The notes under the pieces: model-generated
Seen by the model: only the letters and a program-made list of their open reading frames with translations
The model's database searches: none
What the model was told of the DNA's origin: nothing
Position numbers and translations under genes: made by a program
Shown: positions 36,460 to 46,445 of the stretch, piece after piece
Position numbering within the stretch: position 1 is the first letter of the stretch
Layout of the letters: each line of letters opens with the position of its first letter
Assembly (NCBI GenBank): GCA_014728175.1
Contig: WJMA01000051.1
Span: 7,279 to 71,278, forward strand
DNA from: Candidatus Fermentibacterota bacterium
Lineage (GTDB): Bacteria; Fermentibacterota; Fermentibacteria; Fermentibacterales; JCC-6
DNA length: 64,000 bases
Direction: 5' to 3'

Positions 36460-38955
36460 TCAATCGGCAACTTGCTTGCCCGACCTCAGGGCGGAGTACA
36501 CGGAGGTAAGTATGTCCGCCATCCGGTACGGCTTGGGGAGAAACGCCTTCGCGTGCCGGGCGATGAATTCCTGGTCCTCCGGGGAAGGGGTGTAGCCGCT
36601 CCCCACCAGAATCGGCAGCTCCGGACGTTCCTCTCGAAGCTCTCTGGCCAGCTCTATTCCCGTCCCGTCGGGCAGCATTACGTCAGTGAACAGCAGATCC
36701 ATCTCCAATCCTCTCTGGGCGAGTACCTTTCTGGCCTCGGCCAGAGTCTCCGAAAGAACCACCCGGTAGTTGTGAGCCTCCAGGACCTCGTTCAGGAACT
36801 GCAACACGTCGGGATTATCCTCTACCAGCAGAATCAGCTCATCACTTCCAGAGAAGTCTCTCTCCTCTTCGTCGTCCAGCATGGTCGGCAGCATCTCGTG
36901 GGTCGCCTCGGGGAAGTATACGTGGAACACGGTACCCTTGCCCTCGTCGCTCTCTACGTCTATCAGCCCATCGTGCTGCTTCACCAGCCCATGCACCACC
37001 GAAAGGCCCAATCCGGTACCTCTTCCCTCCCCCTTGGTAGTGTAGAAGGGATCGAATATCCGCTCGATCTCCTCCGGGGTCATGCCCGTTCCCTGGTCGG
37101 ACACCTTCAGGCAGACGAAGGAGGGTGCGTCGGCTTCTACGTCCAGAAGGGAGACCACCGCCTCGGTGGCCACTCGATTCATGTCTATGCCGATCTCCCC
37201 TCCCTCCGGCATGGCATCCCGGGCGTTGAGGACCAGGTTCATCACTATCTGCTCCAGCTTCTGGGTTTCCCCGAAGACGGGGGGTAGATCGTCTTCGGCG
37301 TTGACCACCAGCCTGGTGTTCTCTCCCACTATCCGCTCCAGCAGGCTGACCATTCGGAGAACAGTTTTACTCAGATCGATCACGGACTTTCTGACCGGTT
37401 TGTTCATGCTGAACTCGAGCAGCTGCTGGGTGAGAGAGCCTCCGCTTTCTACGGCGCTTACGATAGCCCGCAGCTTCTGCTCGTGCTCGGAACTGACCTT
37501 CCCTTTCAGAAGCATCTCCGCGTTGCCCAATATCACCGAAAGTATGTTGTTGAAGTCGTGGGCTATGCCGCCGGCCAGCTTTCCCAGGCTGGCCAGGCGT
37601 TGATCCCTGCCCAGCTCCATCTCCAGCTGCCTGCGAACCTCGTCGGATAGCATCCTGGCCCTGATCTCGCGCTGGAGCTCCTCGTTCCTCTGCCTTATCA
37701 TCTGCTCCAGCTTCGTCTTGTACTTGGCCAACTCCACGTTGCGCAACCTGTAGATCTCAGCTTCCTTGCGGGATTTCTCCACCTGGTGGGTTATCTCCAT
37801 GCTATGAAGCCTTTGCTCGGCCTTGTCCGACCGGAGCTCCTCTGAGAACCTATGGTGCTCTCTGTAGTGCTCTAGAGCCTCCCTGTGCCTTTTCAGCCTT
37901 TCGTTTACCTCGGCAAGGTTGCTGTGTATCCGGGCCAGATGGGGCTTAAGGTCGGCCTTCTCGGCCATCTCCAGGGCGCTCTGGAGTTGCTCCTGAGCCT
38001 TCTCGTAATCTTCGAGCTCCATCATGGAGCGGGCGATCCCGGACATCTGCTCGACCGCCCCCTTGCTGCTTCTCAGCTCCTCGTAGATGGAAAGGCTTTC
38101 CTCGTAGTAATCGATGGCTTCCTTGTGCTTCCCCATCATTCCCATGTGGTGGCCCAGGTTGCACAGTACGTCCGCTATGCCCTTTCTGTCCTCCAGATCA
38201 TTAAACAGGGCTAGCGACTCGCTGTAGTAGCGCTGCGCCTTGTCGTACTCGCCGAGCTTGGAGCTGAGAATACCGATGTTACACAGAGCGGGCGCGAGGC
38301 CCTGACGCATCTCGTTCTCTCGGTAAATCTCAATGCACTCGTCGTAGTACTCCAGGCCCTTCTCGTACATCTCCAGGGTGGTGTAGATGTTGCCAACGCT
38401 GAGAAGAGTGGTCGCTCTAAGGTTGGGCCGGTCCTCCAGCTGTTCCGAGGTTTCCTTGGCTCGCAGGTAGTAGTCGAGCGCCCTCTCGTAGTCGCCCAAC
38501 CTGAGGTAGACCGATCCGATGTTGATCAAGACCACCGGTTCCACCGGGTCATCGTGCGTCTCGCTTACCCTGAGAGCGTCCATGTAGCTGTCCAGGGCCT
38601 CACCGTAGTTGGTTCTTCTCAGGTGTATCGATCCCAGAACGTTTAGGGAGTCTCTCTCTCCCTCGGCGTCCTCCTGCCTGCGGTAGTCTTCCAGCGCCTG
38701 GAGGGTAAGCTGCTCGGACTGATCCAGACGAGCCTTGAAGAGCTGGCCCACCGCCTGAGCCAGCATGCATTTGGGAATCAGCTTAAGCAATCCCAGCTTC
38801 TCGGCCAGCTCCTGCCCGTCGGTACCGAGTTGTATGGCCCGGGAGGGGTCGAGGTGCTTCACGGCCCAGGCAAGTTCGATTATGGTCTCGGCTCTCTCTC
38901 CCTCGGAGAGGGACTCCTGGAGCTTCTTCTCCAGATGCTCTATCCTACGCTCCAT
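36460..38955 (-). CDS. Hybrid sensor histidine kinase/response regulator with N-terminal TPR repeats
   Basis: The protein contains a TPR array, a coiled coil, a HisKA domain (GGIAHDFNNIL), a HATPase domain, and a C-terminal REC domain (LLVEDNPDV...DVMLPDG). Confidence 0.8.
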   Translation of the reverse strand: MERRIEHLEKKLQESLSEGERAETIIELAWAVKHLDPSRAIQLGTDGQELAEKLGLLKLIPKCMLAQAVGQLFKARLDQSEQLTLQALEDYRRQEDAEGERDSLNVLGSIHLRRTNYGEALDSYMDALRVSETHDDPVEPVVLINIGSVYLRLGDYERALDYYLRAKETSEQLEDRPNLRATTLLSVGNIYTTLEMYEKGLEYYDECIEIYRENEMRQGLAPALCNIGILSSKLGEYDKAQRYYSESLALFNDLEDRKGIADVLCNLGHHMGMMGKHKEAIDYYEESLSIYEELRSSKGAVEQMSGIARSMMELEDYEKAQEQLQSALEMAEKADLKPHLARIHSNLAEVNERLKRHREALEHYREHHRFSEELRSDKAEQRLHSMEITHQVEKSRKEAEIYRLRNVELAKYKTKLEQMIRQRNEELQREIRARMLSDEVRRQLEMELGRDQRLASLGKLAGGIAHDFNNILSVILGNAEMLLKGKVSSEHEQKLRAIVSAVESGGSLTQQLLEFSMNKPVRKSVIDLSKTVLRMVSLLERIVGENTRLVVNAEDDLPPVFGETQKLEQIVMNLVLNARDAMPEGGEIGIDMNRVATEAVVSLLDVEADAPSFVCLKVSDQGTGMTPEEIERIFDPFYTTKGEGRGTGLGLSVVHGLVKQHDGLIDVESDEGKGTVFHVYFPEATHEMLPTMLDDEEERDFSGSDELILLVEDNPDVLQFLNEVLEAHNYRVVLSETLAEARKVLAQRGLEMDLLFTDVMLPDGTGIELARELREERPELPILVGSGYTPSPEDQEFIARHAKAFLPKPYRMADILTSVYSALRSGKQVAD

Positions 38956-39155
38956 ACTCTCCCATTCAACAGCCCTTTCCCGCCCGGGTACGACTTATAG
39001 ATAGCAGAGACGAGCATATCCGTAAACTACGAGCGGCGCGGGACACCGCCGTTGAAATATCGATCCTACGTTCATACCGCCCGCACAGGCCCCGACGATC
39101 CGCAGACTAATCACCTCCATACCTCCATGGAGTGGGGCGTTTATCACCGCTTCGG

Positions 39156-42100
39156 TCAGGCATCGTTTGCCGCCGGCCAATGGTCCGGCCACGGTACCTC
39201 ATCCCGGTCCACTTCCGAGTTCAGAAGTCCTTCACGCAGCAGGACTAGCTCCTCGAACTCGCTAGCTCCCAACTGAAACTCGCTTATCATATCACAGACT
39301 CGGCGGTAGCATTCTAGAGCCCGGGCGTGCCTTCCCTGAAGCAGATGCAGGTAGCCCATGCTGCCCATGGTGAGAGCCTCGCTCCTTCGGGCTCCAGTCT
39401 GCCTGGCGATTTCCAGCGCTTCTCGGCAGCAGCTCTCCGCTTCGTCCAGCCGGCCCTGTTTTCTTCGCAGTATCCCCAGATTGGCGTAGGTTATCCCCTC
39501 GCTGCTTCTGGCTCCGATCTCCCGGGCGATGCGGAGGGAGTCTCGATAATAGCTATCGGCCTCGGAGAGGCGGTCCTGCTTCATACACAGTGTCCCCAGG
39601 TTGCCCAAAGCGATGCCCTCGCCCTTCCTGTTTCCCACCTCCCGACGGATGGCCAGCGATTTGAGATGGCACTCCTCGGCCTTGGCGATTCGCCCCATCT
39701 GGTCGTAGAGGATTCCCATGTTGCCCAGGATGATTCCCTCTGCGCCGCGGGAGCCTATCTCCAGGGCTATTCGGAGTGCCTGGCCCAGGCGTTCCAGAGC
39801 GGTCTTGGGGCTACCGCGCTCGCGGTAAAGGTTGCCCAGATTACCGAGGATGGTGGCCTCGTCCCTTCGGCTTCCCATCTTTCTGGCCAGCTGGAGAGAT
39901 GCCTCGAAGCATCCGATAGCGTCCTCGAATCTTCCGCGATCCCGGTGCAGAATTCCCAGGTTGCCCAGGTTTCTCCTCTCGCTCCACTCGTCGCCCACCT
40001 CCCGGGCCATGCGCAGTGACCGGCTAACGCAACGCTCGGCGTCGTCCAGACGCCCATCCTGTCTGTGCACGGTGACCATGCCCCCTACGATCCTGCCCTC
40101 CAGGCGTCGTGCGCCGGCCGAGCGCACCAGCTCGAGGGCCCCCTCGTAAGCCTGCATGGCCTCTTGGGAGCGGCCGGTGTTCATCAGGAACCACCCCAGC
40201 CTTTCCCTCGCGTGGGCCCGGATCTCCTCGGCGCCGGAGGTGTCGGCCAGCCGGAGGGCCTTTCGGAGCTCGGATTCCTGCTCCGTCCTTCTTCCCTTCA
40301 GATCCAACGCATCCGCTTTGAGCAGCAGGACCTCGACCAGCAGCTCTCCCTTCGAACCGTCCTCGGGAGGTTCCTGCAACCATTCCTCCAGCTTCCCCGC
40401 CATATCCAGAGCCCCGTCCGCCTGGCTGTTTCTCGCCTGAAGCCTAAGAGAGGACATCCCCCACACCAGAGCTCTGTCGGTTCTGCCCGCCCTCTCCCAA
40501 TGGTAGGCCAGGGTTTCCGCCGCCTTCTCCCCCTCACCGCCTTGGATATCCTCGATGCATTCCGCCGCGGCGTGGTGCAGTATCGCCCTGTTTCTGTCCG
40601 TAAGGCTGCCGTAGGCGGTGTCGCGAAGCAGCAACTGCGTAAACCTGCACCTGCTCTCGAAGGCGCTGGTCTGCCGAGCCAAAAGATCCTTGTTCTCCAA
40701 TCCGGTCAGGGCCTCCCGCTCCGCTCTTCTTCCCACTACGCTCTCCGAGAGCATATCCAAAAGGGGCAGTGGGAATTCAACACCCAGGACCGAGGCCCTC
40801 TGTAGAACGTTTCGCCACGTTGTGGGTAGCCTGTCCAGGCGGGATTGAAGCAAACCGGCCAGCGAATCCGGAACGAACACCTCGTCCAGGGACCCGGTGG
40901 GCACCCATTTTCGCTCCACCGTCTCCACGGTCTGCGACTCGACCAGATCCATGACCATCTCCCTGAGGAAGTATGGATTTCCTCCGCTCTTTCGTAGCAC
41001 CAGGTCCAGGAGCCTATCCTCCATACCCTCGGAATCCGGATCGAGGAATTTGAGGACCTCCAGCAGAAGGTTCACGCAGGCCTTTCTCTCCAGGCGGCCC
41101 AACCTGATCTCGGCCAGCTCGGCGTAGCCGGGATGGATTTCTATTCGCACTGGCTCGCCGTTGTCCCTCTCCGGCCTGTAAAGAAGAACGAAGAGAATGC
41201 CCGGCCGGGTATCGCAATTCGCAACCACGAACTCCAGTACCTTGCGGCAGGTCTCCCCCATCCATTGAAGATCGTCCAGAACCAGGATGGTCCTTCGCGA
41301 GGAAGCCACCGATTCCACCAGGTCCCTCACCGCGGTGGTCGTCTCCAGGGCCAGAGCCCGGTCGTCGAGTCCCTCGATTCGGGGGTCCTTGGAATCGATT
41401 GACAGTATCCTGGCCAGAAACGGAGCGGACTGGATCAATCCCTCGTCGTTGGCCAGGGCGCCCACCCGGCGGCAGAGCTCGCCGTAATCCATACTCGGCA
41501 CATCGCCTTTGTATAGCAGGTTTTCGATCAACGTACGCCACAAGAAGTAAGGTGGTTGGGCGGAGGAACACGCCCTTCCCCAGAGAACCTGAATATCGCC
41601 GGAAGGGGAGCCGATCTCTTCCGTGAGCTCAGCCACCAGCCGCGACTTGCCCACGCCGGCTTCCCCGCTGATCCCCAACACGATGTGTCTGGCCCCGCCC
41701 CTGCGGTTGTTTCCTACGCCGCTCTCCTGTCTATGGAGGGCGTTACGCAACTCCTCCAGCTCCTCTTCTCTCCCCACGAACGGGCAGCTTCCAGCATCTC
41801 CCAAAACGACCGGGTCGGGGCCGGGCGAGTCGCCGGCCAGACTGTAGAACCTATTGGTGGGCGCGACATCGCAGGGCTCGAAACTAAAGCCTCCACCGCA
41901 GCCGCGGTACACGCTTTCGGTTACCAGCAGGCTCCCCTCACCGGTCGGATCGGCGAGATCCCTGGCTTCTCCAAGTATTCCCCCCCTGGTTATCGGATCG
42001 CCGGTCCCGTCGGTTACCACCTCTATCGGACCGGCCGAGGCTCCCATACCGAAATCGAGATCGATGCCCCTGGTAGAAAGCACCCGTCTCAGCTCCCTCA

Positions 42101-42875
42101 GGCCCTCGGCGAGCTTGACCGCGCTGCTCACCGCTCTGGAGCTGTCATCCTCCTTGGCCCTCTTTACCCCGAAGATGGACCGGAAATGCAGCGGCCCGGG
42201 CTTGGTGAGGTAACCACCGTAAGCTTCGACTACCCTGCGAACCATGGCCTCCACCGTATCCCGGACGCTCACCATCGCTCTCGGCAGCAGCGTTCCCCCC
42301 TGCTCGGTAAGTCCCGCCAGCCGCAGAGACAGAACGGCAACCCTTCGCCTTTCACCCGGCTGCAGCCTCGAGGTTCTCTCGGAGACAGCGTCTATGGTGC
42401 TCTCCAGCCTTCGTATATCCTCCTCCATCATCACCGAGAGGTTCGACAGATCGGCGGTTACGTTGGATACGGGAGAACCGAGCACCTCCAGGACCCCTTC
42501 CATGCACGATTCCAGGTCCTCCTCCAGCGCGTCATGCCATTGATGGGTAGATATGCAGTAGCGCATCCATTTGGAGAGCTCGACCTCTCCAATGCGGATC
42601 GGTACGATTGGGATGCCACAGCTTACCGCCTGCTCCAGCTCCCGTCTGACCTGGGGCGACCGGTTCGAGCTCTCCGAAAGCACCAGCAACAGTCTGGACG
42701 CGTTCTCTATGGCGTCCACTATGGCCGCCGCCCAGTCCGCTCCGGCCGGGATGTCCCTGGGAGCCATCCAGCAGGAGACGCCCCTGTCCTCCAGAAAATC
42801 CAGGATGCTGCCCGCCCGGTCAGCATCGGAGCTGGAATAGCTGACGAAAACCGCTCTCCCGGGCCTGCCGTTCAA
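39156..42875 (-). CDS. TIR domain - class III adenylyl/guanylyl cyclase domain - P-loop STAND/AAA NTPase - TPR repeat protein (1239 aa)
   Basis: The N-terminal TIR_2 domain matches VFVSYSSSD...CWMAPRDI...LVLSESSNRSPQVRREL with a candidate catalytic Glu. A cyclase-homology domain follows (RRVAVLSLRLAGLTE...). The Walker A motif is GISGEAGVGKSRL. About 400 aa of TPR repeats form the C-terminus. Confidence 0.75.
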   Translation of the reverse strand: MNGRPGRAVFVSYSSSDADRAGSILDFLEDRGVSCWMAPRDIPAGADWAAAIVDAIENASRLLLVLSESSNRSPQVRRELEQAVSCGIPIVPIRIGEVELSKWMRYCISTHQWHDALEEDLESCMEGVLEVLGSPVSNVTADLSNLSVMMEEDIRRLESTIDAVSERTSRLQPGERRRVAVLSLRLAGLTEQGGTLLPRAMVSVRDTVEAMVRRVVEAYGGYLTKPGPLHFRSIFGVKRAKEDDSSRAVSSAVKLAEGLRELRRVLSTRGIDLDFGMGASAGPIEVVTDGTGDPITRGGILGEARDLADPTGEGSLLVTESVYRGCGGGFSFEPCDVAPTNRFYSLAGDSPGPDPVVLGDAGSCPFVGREEELEELRNALHRQESGVGNNRRGGARHIVLGISGEAGVGKSRLVAELTEEIGSPSGDIQVLWGRACSSAQPPYFLWRTLIENLLYKGDVPSMDYGELCRRVGALANDEGLIQSAPFLARILSIDSKDPRIEGLDDRALALETTTAVRDLVESVASSRRTILVLDDLQWMGETCRKVLEFVVANCDTRPGILFVLLYRPERDNGEPVRIEIHPGYAELAEIRLGRLERKACVNLLLEVLKFLDPDSEGMEDRLLDLVLRKSGGNPYFLREMVMDLVESQTVETVERKWVPTGSLDEVFVPDSLAGLLQSRLDRLPTTWRNVLQRASVLGVEFPLPLLDMLSESVVGRRAEREALTGLENKDLLARQTSAFESRCRFTQLLLRDTAYGSLTDRNRAILHHAAAECIEDIQGGEGEKAAETLAYHWERAGRTDRALVWGMSSLRLQARNSQADGALDMAGKLEEWLQEPPEDGSKGELLVEVLLLKADALDLKGRRTEQESELRKALRLADTSGAEEIRAHARERLGWFLMNTGRSQEAMQAYEGALELVRSAGARRLEGRIVGGMVTVHRQDGRLDDAERCVSRSLRMAREVGDEWSERRNLGNLGILHRDRGRFEDAIGCFEASLQLARKMGSRRDEATILGNLGNLYRERGSPKTALERLGQALRIALEIGSRGAEGIILGNMGILYDQMGRIAKAEECHLKSLAIRREVGNRKGEGIALGNLGTLCMKQDRLSEADSYYRDSLRIAREIGARSSEGITYANLGILRRKQGRLDEAESCCREALEIARQTGARRSEALTMGSMGYLHLLQGRHARALECYRRVCDMISEFQLGASEFEELVLLREGLLNSEVDRDEVPWPDHWPAANDA

Positions 42876-43572
42876 ATGGAGATCACCTTCCCTATACGGA
42901 TCGTAGCCTGCTGCAGAGCAAGGTGATCCACCGGCTCAGCGGCCTTCTGCCGAGGAAAAGGCAAAAGTGCTTTTCTGCACTCTCCATGGCCATCACCGTC
43001 TCTTTCGCTGGACCACTCACGGGTACCGTTCGCATTCGAAGGCTCGGGATGAGCCTTAGCGTGGCGATTGAGGAATTGATAAAAGCACAAGGCTTCCAAA
43101 ACCAGTATCGGGGAGATCACAAGACGGCCCCGATCACTCTAGAGTCCCCCATGCGGGAGCTCTTAGAGGATTTCGATGGCTAAAGAAGACCTTCCTCAGT
43201 CATTCCAGCAGCTAACAGGAATATTGGAGGTCGGTAACACCGCGGTTACCTGACCCGGTTGCACCGGTTTGCACATTGGCTGTAAACTACAGCACAGTAC
43301 CACAAGAAATATGTTTGTTTATAATTTGATGAAATATATAATAGCACAGTTGGACTAAATTTTCCTCTGGTAAGCATATTGCTCAAGTTTTATACGAGTT
43401 GACCGTGTACGGGTCGGCCCGCCGGGAAGAGGAATCGTTCCAGGGTATACCCGAAGGCCCGACCGCCAAGTGGACACGGCAACGAGACTGAGGACTTCCC
43501 AACCGGAGTCCCCCACCACGCCGATGGGGCCCGTGGTAACCTTTCCGCGGGCCCTATCTTTGTCGGAGGAAG

Positions 43573-44916
43573 CTATTGCGGACTATCCGGGACGGCCGCC
43601 GGCCGTAATCCTACGAAAGGATAGCCCATCTCCGACTCCAATACCAGCCGGCTGTCTACTCGGCACATGGAACTGTCGGAGATCCAGCTTCCTCCGGCGG
43701 CCAGTACCCTGGAGGTATCTTCCGGATCCACCACCATCTCCCATACGTTTCCCGCCATGTCGTAGATCATCCAGGGATTGGGAGGGAAGCATCCGGTGGG
43801 AGCGGTGATGGGGTAGCCATCGTCCAGACCTGGACACCTCTGCAGAATGGTCTCGCTGGAATCGGACAGGTTGAGCCTCCCTCCGGTGGGAGAGCAGTCG
43901 CCCCACGGGTAAGGGCCCCTTCTCCCGGCTCTCGCCGATACCTCCCACTGATGGATGGTAGGCAGATCGAACCGCAAGTCTGGCAGCCCCTGGGGAGGGT
44001 TCTCTGTAAGCCATTCACAGTAAAGCTCGGAGGCTTCTCGGGTCATGCCGACCGCCGGATGGTCCTCCAGGCCCTTTGCCGGGACGTACCCGGCGACGGA
44101 ATCGGCAAGGATGCCGATTCTCCAATCCACAGGGAACAGCCTCTCCATGAGCAGGGTGTAACCTTCCCTGCAGGTAGTGTCCCTTTCCATGTCCGGATCC
44201 ACGTCGGACAGGCACCTGCAGAACTGTCGGTTCGTCACCTCTCGCCGGGCTATGAAAAACGGCCGAAGCTCGACCCTTTCCAGGGCAGCCGGGGTCGTAT
44301 CCGAAGGCGATCGGGAGGAGACGTAGTAGGACCCTCCGGGGACCCGTACGAATCCTCCGTCGTGGGTGATTCGGGGAAGGACGTAGTTGTGGGTTCGCGG
44401 TCGGTTGGTGAGGAGGGTAACGCTGTCCAGCACCGAGATCCCGGAGGGCAGAGACAACAAAAGCTGGTGCGCACCGGGCCGGGAGACCTTCAACGAGACA
44501 GGGGTGGATCCGGACCGGACTCCGTTCAGATAGACAAAAGCCCCCGGGGGCTCGGAGACTACGTTCACCTCGAAGAGGTAAGGTAGCTCTATCGTGAGAC
44601 TGGCAGAATGCGGATGTACAACGGTATCGACCGGAACCCGGTTCGGGGCGGACAGGTTTACCGAGACGCCCTCCTGGGGTACGGGGATGACCGCCGGGGT
44701 GGAAAGACGCATCCCGTCGCCGGTGCGTACCGTGGCATCGGGAATGCAATAGACGGTCACCATTCTGACCGGCCAATCGGGAACCAGGATAAGCAGAAGC
44801 AAAATGGCCAGCAGAATAACTTCGCCAACCAGGAGAAGGTTGTCACCCAGCTTTCGGAGGATTGGCTGGATCAGCCCGACCAATCGTTGCTCAGTGCGGC
44901 CTTGAAGTCGTTCCAC
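43573..44916 (-). CDS. Formylglycine-generating enzyme (SUMF1/FGE) family protein with N-terminal TM and PEGA domain
   Basis: The FGE-sulfatase domain (RGGSW-like AAGGSW, YRxxxxP-like, CRVDSR) is C-terminal. A PEGA-like segment (EPPGAFVYLNGVRSGSTP) follows an N-terminal transmembrane helix. Confidence 0.6.
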   Translation of the reverse strand: MERLQGRTEQRLVGLIQPILRKLGDNLLLVGEVILLAILLLLILVPDWPVRMVTVYCIPDATVRTGDGMRLSTPAVIPVPQEGVSVNLSAPNRVPVDTVVHPHSASLTIELPYLFEVNVVSEPPGAFVYLNGVRSGSTPVSLKVSRPGAHQLLLSLPSGISVLDSVTLLTNRPRTHNYVLPRITHDGGFVRVPGGSYYVSSRSPSDTTPAALERVELRPFFIARREVTNRQFCRCLSDVDPDMERDTTCREGYTLLMERLFPVDWRIGILADSVAGYVPAKGLEDHPAVGMTREASELYCEWLTENPPQGLPDLRFDLPTIHQWEVSARAGRRGPYPWGDCSPTGGRLNLSDSSETILQRCPGLDDGYPITAPTGCFPPNPWMIYDMAGNVWEMVVDPEDTSRVLAAGGSWISDSSMCRVDSRLVLESEMGYPFVGLRPAAVPDSPQ

Positions 44917-46304
44917 AACTGCCCCATCCGCAGATCACGCCAGAACCTCTTCCAGACGTACGAGAACCGGAAGTAGAAACGGCGGTGGAACAGCGCGTAG
45001 CAATGGCGGATCGTTTTCCAATCCAGGTTCTCGTGCTGCCACACGTCGCTGGTGGAGTGGAAGTTATAACGGCTCCAGTCCTTAGAGAGTATCCTCCCGT
45101 CCCGCTCCACGAGCTTGTAAAGAGGTGAGGAGGGATAGGGAAGGGTCATGGTGGTCTTGGCGTAGGTGAGGGGAAGGCTGCGGGCGAACTCGATGGTCCG
45201 GCGCATGGTCTCCTCGGTCTCTCCGGGCAGGCCCATCATGAAGAAACCCACCGTCTCCAGGCCGGCGTCGTCAGCCATCTGGACCGCGTTCCTTATCTGC
45301 TCGGGGGTCTGGTCCTTGTTCACCCGGTGGAGTATCTCCGGAACTCCGCTCTCGATGCCGAAGGATATCTGGTAGCATCCGGCCGCCGCCGCCAGCTCGA
45401 AGAACTCCCTGTCCACATCCTCCACGTTCACCCCGGTAGGGAGAGCCCATGGGGCGGAGAAGCCCTTCTCCATCATCAGCCTGATCGTCTTCTTGGCGGT
45501 TTCGATGTCCGCGGTGAAGTTGTCGTCCTTTATGTGGATGTCACGGAAGCCCATATCCAGCATCCTGAACATCTCGTCCACTACCCGCTGCGGTGACTTC
45601 GAACGGACCTCGTGGCCGAAGATCCTCTGGCTGCAGTAAAGGCAATGGTGGTTGCATCCCCGGTTGGTCTCCATGTACCCTACGGGGTTGTCCCGACTGG
45701 CTATGTGCGGCGCCCGGTAGCGACTGAGGTCGTGCAGCTGCCAGGCCGGAAGGGGAAGGTCGTCGAGGTTCTCTATCAGCTTTCTGGGAGGGGTTTTCGT
45801 GAAATCGTCCCCCTTTCCGAAAGCTATGCCGTCGATCCTCTCCGGGTCGATGCCGCTGGCTATCTCCACCATGGTCCGCTCGCCCTCCCCCAGGCAGACC
45901 AGGTCGAAGTTGCCTTCCTCCAGGGACTCCCTGGGAAGAGTTGTGGGGTGGATACCTCCGGCTATGGTGGTTACCTCCGGCAGCGTCTCGTGCGCTATAC
46001 CGGCCAGATGTAGGGCCTCGTGGTACATGGGGGTGGCGAAGGTTATCCCCACGTAATGGGGCCGGAACTCCTTTAGCTGCTGCAGGTAAGCGTCCAGTGG
46101 ATGTTCCTCGACTATCAGGTCGAGTATCCTGACCTCGTGATCCTCTTCCAGCAGTGCGCCGGCAAGGCTGGCCAGAGCTATGAAGGGGGCCTTGGTCATG
46201 GCCACCTTCACCTTGCTCTTGCTGTAAAGGCCCAGCGCCGACGCCGGGTTCACCAGAAGAACTCTGCTCAAATCTCCCCGCCCTTCCGCATCAGGTGAGA
46301 ACAC
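44871..46304 (-). CDS. B12-binding domain radical SAM protein (class B), divergent member
   Basis: N-terminal B12-binding fold followed by a radical SAM domain with CNHHCLYCS; 477 aa. Confidence 0.75.
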   Translation of the reverse strand: MFSPDAEGRGDLSRVLLVNPASALGLYSKSKVKVAMTKAPFIALASLAGALLEEDHEVRILDLIVEEHPLDAYLQQLKEFRPHYVGITFATPMYHEALHLAGIAHETLPEVTTIAGGIHPTTLPRESLEEGNFDLVCLGEGERTMVEIASGIDPERIDGIAFGKGDDFTKTPPRKLIENLDDLPLPAWQLHDLSRYRAPHIASRDNPVGYMETNRGCNHHCLYCSQRIFGHEVRSKSPQRVVDEMFRMLDMGFRDIHIKDDNFTADIETAKKTIRLMMEKGFSAPWALPTGVNVEDVDREFFELAAAAGCYQISFGIESGVPEILHRVNKDQTPEQIRNAVQMADDAGLETVGFFMMGLPGETEETMRRTIEFARSLPLTYAKTTMTLPYPSSPLYKLVERDGRILSKDWSRYNFHSTSDVWQHENLDWKTIRHCYALFHRRFYFRFSYVWKRFWRDLRMGQLWNDFKAALSNDWSG

Positions 46305-46445
46305 TAGTCAAACCCCCATAATCAAACAAGGACCTCGGGGACGTTTTTCAAAATGCCAAAAACCCCGATGATTCCCGATGCCGAAACCAGCCCTCCCCTC
46401 GCACCGTACATTAATAGTACCAATTATGATAAAGGCTTAAAAGGT

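Noticed and set aside
46305-46445. Precursor-peptide ORF between the divergent rSAM and rSAM paralog 1 (e.g. the plus-strand frame 46353-46847)
   Set aside because: The only sizeable frame overlaps the rSAM gene in antisense. No short Cys/Gly-rich peptide with an SD is present in the spacer.
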